NCBI GenBank assembly: GCA_963920595.1 | Contig: OY986948.1 | Coordinates: 4,030,001-4,094,000, forward strand | Length of the DNA: 64,000 bases | Direction of reading: 5' to 3' | Source of the DNA: Eimeria praecox | Taxonomy: Eukaryota | Shown: one piece after another, positions 18,031 through 29,894 of the stretch | Layout of the letters: each line of letters begins with the position of its first letter | Numbering within the stretch: the stretch's first letter is position 1 | Position numbers and translations under genes: made by a program | The notes under the pieces: generated by a model | Told to the model about the DNA's origin: nothing | Databases searched by the model: none | Seen by the model: only the letters and a program-made list of their open reading frames with translations

Positions 18031-18850
18031 GTGCGCTGCATGGAATGCATAGAACGGCTTCTCTATGTCCATCGAGTCCATCTTCCTTGCCTGTTTACCC
18101 ATTGCGCAAATGGATCTTTGCCCAATCAAGGCAAGACACCTGCTCAACTTATCGCCACTGGTGGTGCAATGTTCAACCTATCAGCTTAGCCCCTCCGCGA
18201 AGCTAACTATCTAACGCACAAGCACTCCCCCCACAAAGCACTTATGAAATTACCCTTCAATAAATTGCAACGCAAAATTTGGTCTCGAAAGATCACTCGA
18301 AAGTAGGCTATCCCTCTTCCTCCATGTGGACTTGACAATTCGTTCACTTTGCGTTGCCTTTGTTCTACCATATTTAGCCATCGGAGAAGAAACGTGACAC
18401 AAAATATGTGTAACAAGAATCTACTTTGCGCCCCCCATCGCCAATTAGACTTTTCTAAACACTGTACACAAGCGCGACTGACGGCAATACAACGCTATAC
18501 TAATTACCGCGGACAACCGTTCCTCCTCCCGTTTACTGGGAGGAGTCCTGATCTTCGGGTCGTAGCCAACGGCAAAATGTCTTAAGTATCAACAAGCAAA
18601 ACAAACAGGTGCTTTATGGTTCGTTAGCATACAGGGAGGTCGGGCACAAACCCATCATGCGGCTGGCACACCTATAAATATAGGCACGAAGCCTCACACC
18701 TCCTCTGCATATGCATCCCTATAAAAACACCGGTACTACGCATAGGGACGATCAAGGCCACGTTCACATTAAAATTTATTTCACACCATATTTGTAGAGC
18801 ATTTCACAGAAACATGCATGCACATAAATAGGTGTAAATACGTCTCTGAT

Positions 18851-21800
18851 TTAATTTGTGAAAGCAATGCGTACCGGAATATTCTGTGGGTCTCTTAGCA
18901 GCAAAACGTTCTGCCCATACACCTCATCATAGATAAACTGTGTTTTAACATTCTTTGAATTGATTCGTTTGAGGAGCTCATCTTCTTTCCTTTCCTCGCA
19001 CAGAAACGAAATGCCCAAGAATCCACACTCGAAAGGCTCGAGGTCCTTGTACGGTGCCACTTGTGTGCCGTCTGTGTGTACCTGCAGAAGAAAAAGCAGC
19101 TCAAAATGCAGAGTGAGCAGCACCACACGCCGAGACTAGATGCATCAAGGCTTGAAGACTGCCTGCCACACTCGTTTGTAAATGTACGAAGAGGAGCGCA
19201 CAGACACTGCGGTAGCATGCGGCTGACGCACAAACGAGCAGTAGCTGTACTAGAAGCAAAAATCCACTAAAAGCAGGTGCTAGCTAATGGAATGCCACGC
19301 TCTTCAGAATGCAGCATAAGCCGACGGCAGGCTCTGACGAGAAGCAAAAATTATTAGCACACAACAGAGAAAACAATGTAACACCGATGCTTGAAATATG
19401 ATGTGATATACAGATCCACCTCATGCGCAATTTTTTAGAACACGTTCTTACTCTCCCTCCTCACTTTAATGCAAATAGAAGAAAAACGCTGCAGCCACAG
19501 CCAGTAATGGAGCGAAGTGCTTGTCGGAGATTCAAGTGCAAGAAAGTAGAGCGTAAAGCCGAAGCCCCCGGCAGTCTTCTTATCTATGAGCGTCATGCCC
19601 AGCACCTTCAAGGAAACACGCAGCAGCACAACAACCCCTGGTCCTTCAAGTAGAAGACTATCTAATTGCACCACCACTTCAGAAGCTCCAGCAAGCACTA
19701 CGCATGGTAGGCGGAAGAGTAGTGTGACCCAATCATATCGAGGCTCCCTTCACTAGGCCGAAACCAAAGCACACTGCCGAACTCAATGATTGACAGCCAA
19801 CATAAGAAGCCACAGAACGAGAGGCAAGGTCAGGCAGGTATACAACAAGAAAACGAGCGAAGAAGGGGAGCCACACCGGCAGCGGTTCGCTGCTACTGGC
19901 TAATAAAATCAAGCTGCTTCGTTAGCCACCCCTGGCGGTCCTCTTGCATGTTTCACTGCAAAGCTGAAGTAAACACGAATCAGAAGGATGCTGCTTTGAT
20001 TACATCTTCATAGAACTTGAGGGTGGCCTCCACGCTCGTAACACCGATTTCAATGTGGTGGAGAACAGGCAGTCGCAACAGGGGCAACGTATCAAAGCGC
20101 AACGAGGAAGAACTGTGACTGAGCTCCACAGCCTGCACTTCCTCTGGGGTGGGGGCAGGAAGACAACCTGCAGCAAATGAAAGGCGCCTGCACCTGAATC
20201 CAAGTTCAAGGGGTTTTAAGTGTTAAAACGCACTACGGCGAAGACTCTCCAGCTTTCGTGTTTAGTCTATACGTCTGCCTCTGCCTGCTTCTTCCTCTAG
20301 CTTCTCGACTGGCACTGGTTTCTGAAAGCTGCGCTGCAGCAAGTGTAGCAACTTTCCCACTGGCTCGCTTGACGCGCTTCTTTCTCCCCTTCTGTTCGAA
20401 TGCAACTGCTCACCATCTCGCTCGCTGGAGAAAAAAGAAGAGGCGCCAGAGCCCCTCACGGAAAGTGAGCAGAAGCTGCTCCGCGGCGAAAGAGAACGAG
20501 AAGGACGCCGCCCCCCCGCGTCCGCTCGGAAACCCCCGCTGGACTCCGCAGACCCCCCAACGAACCGCTTGCCAGAGTCACAACCTCGCGGCGGTGACTG
20601 ACGCAATTGGTCCAGCGAACAAGATGAGGCACCCCGTGACTCGTCGCTGAAATGGGCCTTCAGTGATGCCATCTTATACTCACTGAACAAGAAAACAACA
20701 TGCAGCGAGAAAGGAAAGACCGCCAAAACGGAGTTGTACAACCAAGGTGAAGAAAATAATAGGGCAATACAACCAAAGTGCAATGATACAATCAAAGTGG
20801 ACCCTATAGTTGCACCGGGAATATACAGGTGGGCAGGTGAGCTATGCGGTTAACGCAACGCCAAAGACAGGAAACGAACACACAGCGAATTCCAGTGCAC
20901 ACCAAATCTCTTGTGAACCGCTGCACATAACGGCAGTACACGACGGAGTCCACTGAACAATAGAACAGCCCACTCCCGACTGAGGCATTCACAGTCAAGA
21001 TTGCCCTACCCGTGAGAAGCACAGTACTTCCCACACAGCTGTGCATGATTACTGCTAACGGTACGAACTCATCACTAAATGCACCCACTTTTAGTTAAAA
21101 TTGTAGTCTCATCAATCGTGCATGCAACCTCAATCGTACACTTCTCAAAAAACCGCTCTATGCATGATTGCACAAAGGATTAGTTATGCATATGCGATGA
21201 AACTGCAACGCAACCCTGCCTTAAGAACAACAGTAGCATGGCATGGATTTACTCAGCAATCTACACCATAAAACTGGCGCTGTTCAGTGGAAATATGGGC
21301 ACTAGACTCAACTACGTCATGCAGAGCGTGATGCATACAGCAGCACAGTACTTGGTGGAAGTTACCTCATGTACTGTAGAAGGCGACCCCTGAAGTTCTG
21401 CGGGTCCGTAAAGCCTGCGGCGTAGGCCATATCCAGAAACTGCCCTGCCGCTTCAACGCGGACCATATGTTGCGACAAATCCACAGCCGTCGTATCCACG
21501 TCCTAAGTAAACACCAACATTCAGTATCCGCGCATAAGACATGAACAGTAAATTCCAAAGCCTCTAATCAGCAATATCCAGCAGTATAAAGGTTGCATAC
21601 ACTGTCCCAGAGCAAATGTAATTATTTTGCGCAGTAAAGTGTGCTATCTGTGCACTGTAGTCATCCGAGCTTGCACAAGTCGCAGCATACAAGCATGAAT
21701 CATGCACGTTCTATCTCGTGGATGTAAATATATGTACGTATGTACACATATATTTATATATAGAGGTCTGAAGGCTCTGCTCTTGAGAAACAAACCGAAT

Positions 21801-23488
21801 AGCAACTGCTCAAAGCAATGGAACGCCCTTTCTAATTCGGCACATGGCGCGAAGTACCACACAAAAACCAGCCACAGCTCACCTCCAAAACAGGCAAACA
21901 CACGCCCGCCTTGGGAGCGCTCACAAGGACTGAGAGTGCCTAAGTGCAATTACTCTAGCCTTAAAAAGCCTCTCTGCCTGCCTACTGCTTCGTGCACGTC
22001 AAGCTACCGCCCCCGTGTATACGCGGTACAGCCAGACGTTTGCTGCGCAATACGGGTGACAATCGGATATTACTGCACTGCAGCGCATCATGTTCCTTCG
22101 CATCATGCTTGTCTATACGCGCCGCACAACTTTATACTGCACAAATACCGTACAGTACTACGTGCACTCGACTACGCTACACTCCTGTATCATCTCAAGC
22201 AAGCATGTTATATTTCAGGTGGTCCACGGCAACCAGGGCTAGGCTTACACAAACGGTGAAGGAGAGATGACTGAAAGCGTCGGAGCCGCGGTGTTCATAA
22301 GCCTTATATTCGCCCCCCCTCTTCTGGACCGGCACGAACTCCAATACAAACTGCCCCCCCGCATGCCGCAGCCAATCCTTGGGCTTTGCTGCACACCAAA
22401 AGACACAACCTGACCAAAATCGAAGCATACGGTAAGGAGGCATCCACCTAGCATTCCGCAACGCCGGTACGCCATCCTTACTGGAATCACCTGCGTGCTT
22501 GTACGCTGACTCGAGCTTCACCCACATATGCTTGTATGCACCGCGTAGGCATAGATGCATACATACGGATGCGCATTCGCACACGCATCAATATAAAGGT
22601 CGGTACACAGATCTCAATGCGCATGCGCATGCACAAGGACACACATACTTCGCTTACCATGTACCCCGTACACATATATACATGTATGTAGAAAGGGCTG
22701 CACAGGATAAGCATACTGTTCGCCGTCGTAGGACTAGCAGCGGATTCTGCGGCTTCTGCTACGGCAGCTTCGACTTCAGCAGGGGAGAAGAATTCAAATG
22801 CCGCGAATCTGTTCAGGGAGGAGGGTGCGGCAGATGCCACGCTATGATTGCGCACTGAACTCTGACTGCCAAAGCTACTGCGTCTGCTGGTAGTTCCGCT
22901 GGTGTTCAGGGCTTCTTGTCCCAGCAGGGAGAGTTTCCCGCTGCCGTTTCCTCCCCCTTCGTCCCCCCCAGCCGCAACCCCGAGGTCCGTGCGGCTGCTC
23001 GAGGGGCTGCTGCGGCGCACTTGGGAACGCAGAGAAAGCTGCTGCAGCAGCTGATGCAGCTGCTGCCGCGGCGGAAGAGCAAGGGAGAACTCCAAACGCC
23101 CTTTCGGTCCCACTGCGGAACTTAGCAACAGCTCTTGCATACCTAGCCGCTTCACATAAAACTCATCCACCAGCTGCTGTGGACGCCCGCAACGCAACCG
23201 GATGCCCCCCAGCCGCAGCAATGAACTCTTAGTGCTCGTGTGCACCTTCTCTAGTGAGCCCAGAGAACCTGCTGGGAAGCACACAAGAAGCATCTCACAG
23301 CAACCGCTTGCTCACAGCAGCTGCAAGGGAACCTGCATGTACACGAACGGCAGATTGTGGAAATAAAGTGCGCACCTATACGTAAACAAATGAAATGAGA
23401 GCACATGTGCACACAGCAGGCGATCGCTTACGTGCGCACCCAAGCACGCGCCCGCCCGCCTACAGCCAAAGTGACACAAGGTAGCCAT
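18851..23488 (-). CDS. Two-domain glyoxalase I-like (VOC fold) protein; start exon(s) uncertain
   Basis: Exons 23269-22717, 22490-22249, 21502-21366, 20682-20273, 20167-20004, 19605-19465 and 19081-18851 splice in frame. Domain 1: LGGIRLRCG..EFYVKRLGM, FVLEFV, AFSHLSFTVCDV, FTDPQNFRGRLLQ. Domain 2: LHHIEIGVTSVEATLKFYEDVLGMTLIDKK..FTLYFLA, GFLGISF, LLRDPQNIPVRI. Confidence 0.85.
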
Positions 23489-24054
23489 CTCTTACACAAA
23501 CACGAAATGCTGGGATTACAATAATGAGGGTGAACACATCAAGGAATCTGGAAACCCCAAGAAGCACCACTAGCATAACCAAGGCGCTTGTGCTGCTACT
23601 TGAAACCCTGCGACGTTTGTGCAGCCCCGTGTTGCTTTACAGCAAAAGGAGGTTTGAGGCACTACATTATGTGAGTTACTGGACAGAGGAAGCTAATCCC
23701 ATTTGGTTTCGCCGCAGTCTTGCCCCCGAGCCCTTAATGTCCCAATAAAATACCCAAATGACACAGAAAGGATGAAACTCAAGTAAAGACAAAAGTGACG
23801 AATCAAGCAAAAATTTAAAGCGCTAACCTGCTCTGGGACTCGGTGAAGCGACGTCACCTTCCGGCAGGATAATGGTGGGTAGTTTCTCCATCCTTGTTCA
23901 ACGCGATTGTTTTACGTGGTCCCGACTGTTCACTGGTATCCCAGGCCTCTCTATTAAATCGCAGTTGTTCCGTTTTACTCCAATTACGTGCTCCCGTCTC
24001 CAACAATCTATTTTCGTTGTATTAAGTTATGTTGCTTTCGTCCTATTCGTACCC

Positions 24055-26600
24055 CTATATTTCCCCCTGCAAGCATTGTTCAACTTCCTGCGTGCTGCTG
24101 CACGACTGGTCTGGTGATCTCGCAAGCGGAACGTACGAGTACGACGGAGGGAAGCTACGCCTTGAGCCCCAAATTCGGGGTTCCAAGCCCTACGCCCTTA
24201 GCGCCAAACCCCAGACTGTCAGTCCAGCACTGCCTAAGCGCACACAAAAAAAGCCAATACGAAGGGAGCAGGTCTGCAATCCGGGAGAAATAGTGGACGG
24301 AAGCGATGACGAGCAACGGAAATAATGCAAGGAGGTAACCAAGCGAGGCATGCATATATGCACAGCGAACGACCACGCTGCCCATCCAGGACCAGCAATA
24401 AGGCATTTGCGTGTTCCAGCAACTAAAGAAACAGAGATAGCTACTGTCAAAGTATGATGACCAAAAAGATCGCGTGCGAAGAGCACAGTGCATACGAATG
24501 CTACAACAGGCAACATCTTCATGAAGCCGGAGAGTCACTGTGTGCACTCGGAAAGATCGCAGCACCACAGAAGGCGCAGAAGGCATGGAAGAAGGCTCCT
24601 GCCAAGAACGTTAGGCGCGTGCAATGACAGGTGGCCCTTGACTGGGACGCATAAGCAATCAGCACGAGCACTGCGGAGTGGCAAACCTCTAGGTGTGAAA
24701 GAATACGCAATTTTGCTCGAGGAAGCCAATGAGTTAAGTGAGATCTTACGAACTGTATGGAAGAGGGGAAAATACGCCCAAAATAAATCGAGGGCGTACA
24801 CAAGATGAAACTTGCGCCACGGGTCCGTCTCGCGCTCTTAACCATTAACTTCAGTCTACTAACGACATGCCAAAAGGCAACGCACTGGGAAAAGGAAGGC
24901 GAAGCCGTGAAGGATGAAGGAGGGATAAGAGACTGATGTTGGGCGGTCCGCGAGGTACATATACTGCGCAGCAGAATACGTGAACGTATCAAGCCGCACT
25001 GCTCCAGTATCCCGCTTGCGGTGGGTATACTTATCCTCTATCATTAAATAATATATAATTACTTTAAATACAGAACCCAAAACAATGCACACGCTGCATG
25101 GTGCAGTGATGCCAGTGAGCGGCCAACGGCCAAGGCAGCTGGTGTGCCGCTCGTGTTGTTCAGTGTTGAAGAGGTTAGCATCTAAACAAGGAATAAAAAA
25201 CTAAAGTAGGAATGATAATACCATGCTGCTGTAAATTCAGGTGCCAAACAAGCGTAGAAGCGTTCACACCAACGGCAGATGGATCTGTTACTGCGACTTG
25301 AACCCCCAACGGTCGTCGTCTGGGCTCCCGTTGGAAGCTTAAGCGCGCGCGCTTGCCAAGCTGCAGTGCTTGTTCAATCATTCATTGTATTTCCTAATCA
25401 GACGTTGTTCAAACGAAACGCTCTGCAAAGGAAACAATAGTTATGTTCACCCTTTGCTTCTAACTCACTGCGCACAGTACGGTCCAGTGTCATTGCTGCC
25501 TGCGCATGCGGATGAATCTTTAAAGCTGGAATTTGTCTCTCAGGTAGGAGCCTGGAAGAACCAATCATGAACATGTATAAAATGAAATGAGTGCACATTA
25601 TATCCCAAGCTTAGGAGATAGTACATTACACCCACAGGATGCTGCTTCGTAAGATGATCTGTGTGATGCGATCCCGTACCTCTACTTGCGCGGAGGCTGG
25701 CTATGACGGACGAAATGAGCGTTTAAAAACTGCTTATCATACACATGCAACGGTAGCTACAACGTTTGCTCATGCAGGAAAGTTGGGATTGGTTGTGCAT
25801 GCACGACGGGCCGCATTGCAGCACTAGTTGCAGCAAGGCGCCGTTGCAGATCGCAGTAGGCCGCCTTCTCTCCGCACTAGCTCCAGACCTGCTGGATACT
25901 GTACCCATTATGCGTGAAGGATGGATGGGCGGTTAGATGCCTTTAAAAATCTCCCTTTCTGTTCTTCGAATGAAACGAGGGTCCTCGATCTTGGTGGAGC
26001 ATCGTGGCGAGCCGCAAAGGAGCCAAAGACTTACCGAAAGGGTTCCCTAAAAGCAGCTGTCATCTCTCCTACCTTCCCAGCGTCCTGCGCAGAGCGGCCC
26101 ACTGCGCTGGGGCTGGAAGATACACGAGCTGCCGTGTCCTGAGCTGCAACGGGCCGTGCTGCAGCGTGTCACGTGCAGACAAAACCTCTTTTGTTGCATG
26201 CGCTATGGTAGGCAATTGCAGTGACTACTGTTAAATGCGTACTCGGCCCGTAGCAGGAGGCCTGCACTCAAGTAGAAATGCATGTACCAAGTTCAGACGC
26301 ACAACGCTATGCCCGCCCCCATCTTTCCCTCACGCAACGCACACCCCTAGGGACCTGTTCTTCCTGCAGGGGGTTTCTGGATAGAGGCGGCAGTTCTTCG
26401 CACTGCCGCTTCCGCTGCAACGCTCCGCTTTGCATGTTAGGCTGCTCGTCGTGCTCTGATTTTCTTCGTCATTCTGTTTCTCTGCGAGCTGCTGGTATTC
26501 TGCTTCTTCAGCTGATGGTGCTTGCGGTTTGCTCCTTCTTCCTGCTGTTGGCTGCCCAGCGCCAACTGTGGGCACCGCGGTTGAAGCAGCGATCGAGACT
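24055..26600 (-). CDS. Tentative multi-exon hypothetical membrane protein
   Basis: Exon-like segments between AG/GT sites: EDKYTHRKRDTGAVRLDTFTYSAAQYMYLADRPTS (~25040-24933), TEVNGKERETDPWRKFHLVYALDLFWAYFPLFHT (~24856-24753), the hydrophobic VLVLIAYASQ..FLAGAFFHAFCAF and ASLGYLLALFPLLVIASVHYF, and a last exon ending LQGEI*. No family recognised and the structure is unresolved. Confidence 0.35.
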
Positions 26601-26659
26601 CCTACCGCGTAGTTTGAGAAGGAGAAAAAGGACTGTTGAGGGGCATGGAATGCACCAAT

Positions 26660-29600
26660 AAGTAGATTAGCACATTCTGGAGAAAATAAAACAAAAGTGG
26701 ATATTTACGTCGTGTAGGCACTAGAAGGCGGGATTTTGTGCCTAAGGAAGGCTTGCTCACATACATCGTGCGAAATCTCTGTGCGAATCGAAGGCGGAAT
26801 ATGTAATCGACGGAGTCCACGCTTCAAGGGGTTATCCATGCCGTGGTGCTTAATCCGTTGCTCGTTGTTGAGCTTAGCGGCGAGTGCAGTCGTATGAGTT
26901 CAAAGGAGTCCGAAGAATCCAATTTGGAAAGGAATCGGCAATCATCGCAGGCAAACACTGGTGCAGAAGCCAGTGCATGACTGGTAAACTGTCGGGAGAG
27001 TGCGGCACAAACCACGCTGCTGATACCCTTGGCAAGCGTGACTGTGAAGTGATCCTGCAAAAACCAACAAAGCCACCTATCTACTCTTTTCTATCGTAGT
27101 TTTGAAAACCCTTTGTCGGATGTGCCAGAGATTAATGGCCAATTTGACCAGTAAAACGTCTGTCATACGAGTAATACAGGCGCTGTCTTGCTCACCACCA
27201 GACCGCGGAGAGCTCCTTCCCACGTACTGGATACTTCTGTTCTTCCCGTGAAACAATGCGACTCGCAGGCGAGTATTAGGTGTCTTTTCGATCTAGTTGC
27301 TTGTTGAGAGAGCATGATCCCAACGGCTATGTCGCTGCTGTCGGCCGTTAGGAAGAAATGCTTGTCTGTCGAAACCAGCGAGCGCGAATACAAGGCGATT
27401 ACAGGCGTTTGATGAGGCTTCTAGAGGTTTTCGCCTCTCTCCGTTCAAGTAGGTTGTTTATCCCTATTAAGGAAATCCGTAAGAGGGGCGGCTGTGCCAG
27501 TGAGTCCAAAAGTGAACTTGTGGTAATACGACGCAAGGCTGAGGAACTTCTGAACGCCCATGCAAGTGCAAGTGTGTGTTGGCTTGCAAGTGCAAGCCAA
27601 CACATCCGAATTGCCTCTTTCTTCGCCGTATCTGGTTCGACTCCTACTGCTGAGACACAAAACCCCAAGAAACTAATAGCGCGCATTAAAAATAGCTCTT
27701 TTGAGCGCTCACAAGCCACTTCTTCCCGTAGAGCATTTGCAGAGCACGAGGCAGGCGCTGGTGAGGGGAAAGACTTCCACACTCCGGCCGAACACTAGCG
27801 CATCGCCTGTGTATAGTACCATCCATCCCTCATTGATTGGCCAGAAGATGTCGTGATTGGCCTGTCATTACAGTTCGTCAGCAGCCTTTATCATCCCAAA
27901 TGGTCAACAGGTGTACTCTGCCTTGCTCTTACGGGTGTGAAATACAGTGGTGTGCCTACTGCCGAGATGTATTGGGATCTGCAAACCGCATCAGCGAAGT
28001 TAGATGACGAATTGACTGCTGAAATCTGGAAGAGGGGAAGTATTTCTTCTATACGGGGCACCGGAAACTTCCGTTCCACCGTGATCTTGTTGAGGGGGTT
28101 GAAATCGACCTATATGGGCCACCTTCCGTCCTTTTGCTTGGCCAATAGCGGATTGTCTCCAAACGCGATAGTTGGCAGCTGAACCATGCCACTTTTAGCT
28201 GCTGGTTCCCTTTCCGCTCGATTTACTTCACGATGAGAGAACCAAAGGTAACTCGGAACAAAGCTTGGGGATGCTCCACTAGCGAGTTCGATGTGGTGCA
28301 CTGGGCACCTTGCAGGTGGTATACCCTTTGGCAGCCAGCTGCTATTGAGTACACTAGAGGGCTCTTCTTTTAATCGTGCCCGCCTTTGCTGTCCCTCGGC
28401 AGCAAGCTGCATCGAATAGCTCAAACTTCAGTCTCCTTAGGACCATCACAACCGAGTATGTGCGCTTCTTCGTCGTTTCCTGCAGCGCTTCTGCACTGCA
28501 TAAAAGCCACTTCGCTCCCTTCTCCTTGGGACACTGATTTCAGTCCTTGTACCGTGAAGAGTGAAAATGCTGTTGGCAGCGCCGGCATTCTCAATATCTC
28601 ATTGCTTCTCAACACGTAGACCCCAGTGGCCGTCTGCTGGCCGCTTGCGTGCTTTGCTGAATGACCCACGACATGCATGCTTAGGATTACTTCGTGGTGA
28701 ACTGATCCACAGCAAGATTTCTGTACTGCGACAGCCTAGCCCATTTATGAACTGAATTAACCTTTCACTCAGATGATTCCCCTCTCTTGCCTCCATTTAG
28801 CGATGCATAGACGCAGAGACAACGCCAACGAATGGAGCGGTAGGGTGCATCTCCTCGCCGTAGCTTCATATTAAATAAATAGATATTAAATCGCCCCGCG
28901 GCCTGTGTCAACTGATGCTAGCAACTCCTAAACGCTAATATGAACTTGGAAATGCACTGAATTGACTGCAGGCGCCGGTGCCTCCTGTTTGGATCAAATT
29001 ACTGCGCCGCACGCTCCGTGGGGGCTAAGCGGTTTCTCTAACCGTTGTTTGCTTCCCTGGAGGCGCTGCTGAAAGGCTTGTTCCTCCAGTTCCTTAGTTC
29101 TTTTCCCGCATCTGCAATATCGAAGTACGGCTTTGCTTATTGCAGGAGAGCCAGAAGCGCCTCATAGAACTGCTCCACGGCCTTTTGGGTGTCGAACTCG
29201 CTGGGTGCTGTCGCTCATTCCCTTATGCGCTTTTCTGAGGGAGGCTCTCATTCGCACCCCCATTATCTATACCCTCTATATCTTGGTAATTTCAAAGCCC
29301 ACATTCTTCCTTCTCTCGTGGGGCGATGGGGATGGAGCCTTTTAGCCCTTTGGTGCATAAGCACAACACCACCTCGACGAGATTCTGCCATTCACTCCAT
29401 GGCCCCCCCCTTTTCGCTGCACTGCCGGTTACCAGCTGCCCCTCTCCAGGGGCAGCTCTCCTATATGGGCGTCGTTGTAGATGTTGCAAGCCCACAGTTG
29501 GTCTTCTGTTCACCGAGCATTAATATTGTCGCCGTGTTCTATCCACAGTTTCCCTTGTTTACCGCTTCCCCATCTTGCCATAGCGTGTTCTATTTGCGAC

Positions 29601-29760
29601 CAAGGAATAAGCATACATAGCAGTACATGCCCCAAAGCCTTCGCAGCTCTAATGCGCTCAGGCAATGCGGTGTCCTTACTCAGATATAACCATCGTTGTT
29701 GTGCCCTCCGTTCCAATAGAGGCCATGACAATGACAGCCGTAGCCTTTTGGGTTCACTTT
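26660..29760 (-). mobile_element. Decayed Ty3/gypsy (chromovirus-like) LTR retrotransposon: gag, protease, RT and RNase H remnants
   Basis: Gag-like LPERIRAAKAL..IEHAMARWGSGKQGKLWIE (~29.5-29.7 kb). RT start GIPPARCPVHHIELASGA and FPVPRIEEILP. Decayed catalytic motif MVLYTGDALVF (~27800). VQKFLSLASYYHKF and RNase H FFLTADSSDIAVGIMLSQ. Many stops and frameshifts. Confidence 0.88.
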
Positions 29761-29894
29761 GAAGGCGAGAGTACAGCTCCAGGGGCGCTCATTTGAGCAA
29801 TTGGCAAGTCAGGCAAGGACGATAGACTCGATAGATAGACCAAAACCGTCAGAGAAGCTGTCTTCTGCTCTCCACGCAGCAGCACCCAGAAACG

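Noticed and set aside
23872..24808. Plus-strand gene suggested by short ORFs
   Set aside because: No coherent + strand splice model was found, and the splice signals and protein-like text fit the - strand better.
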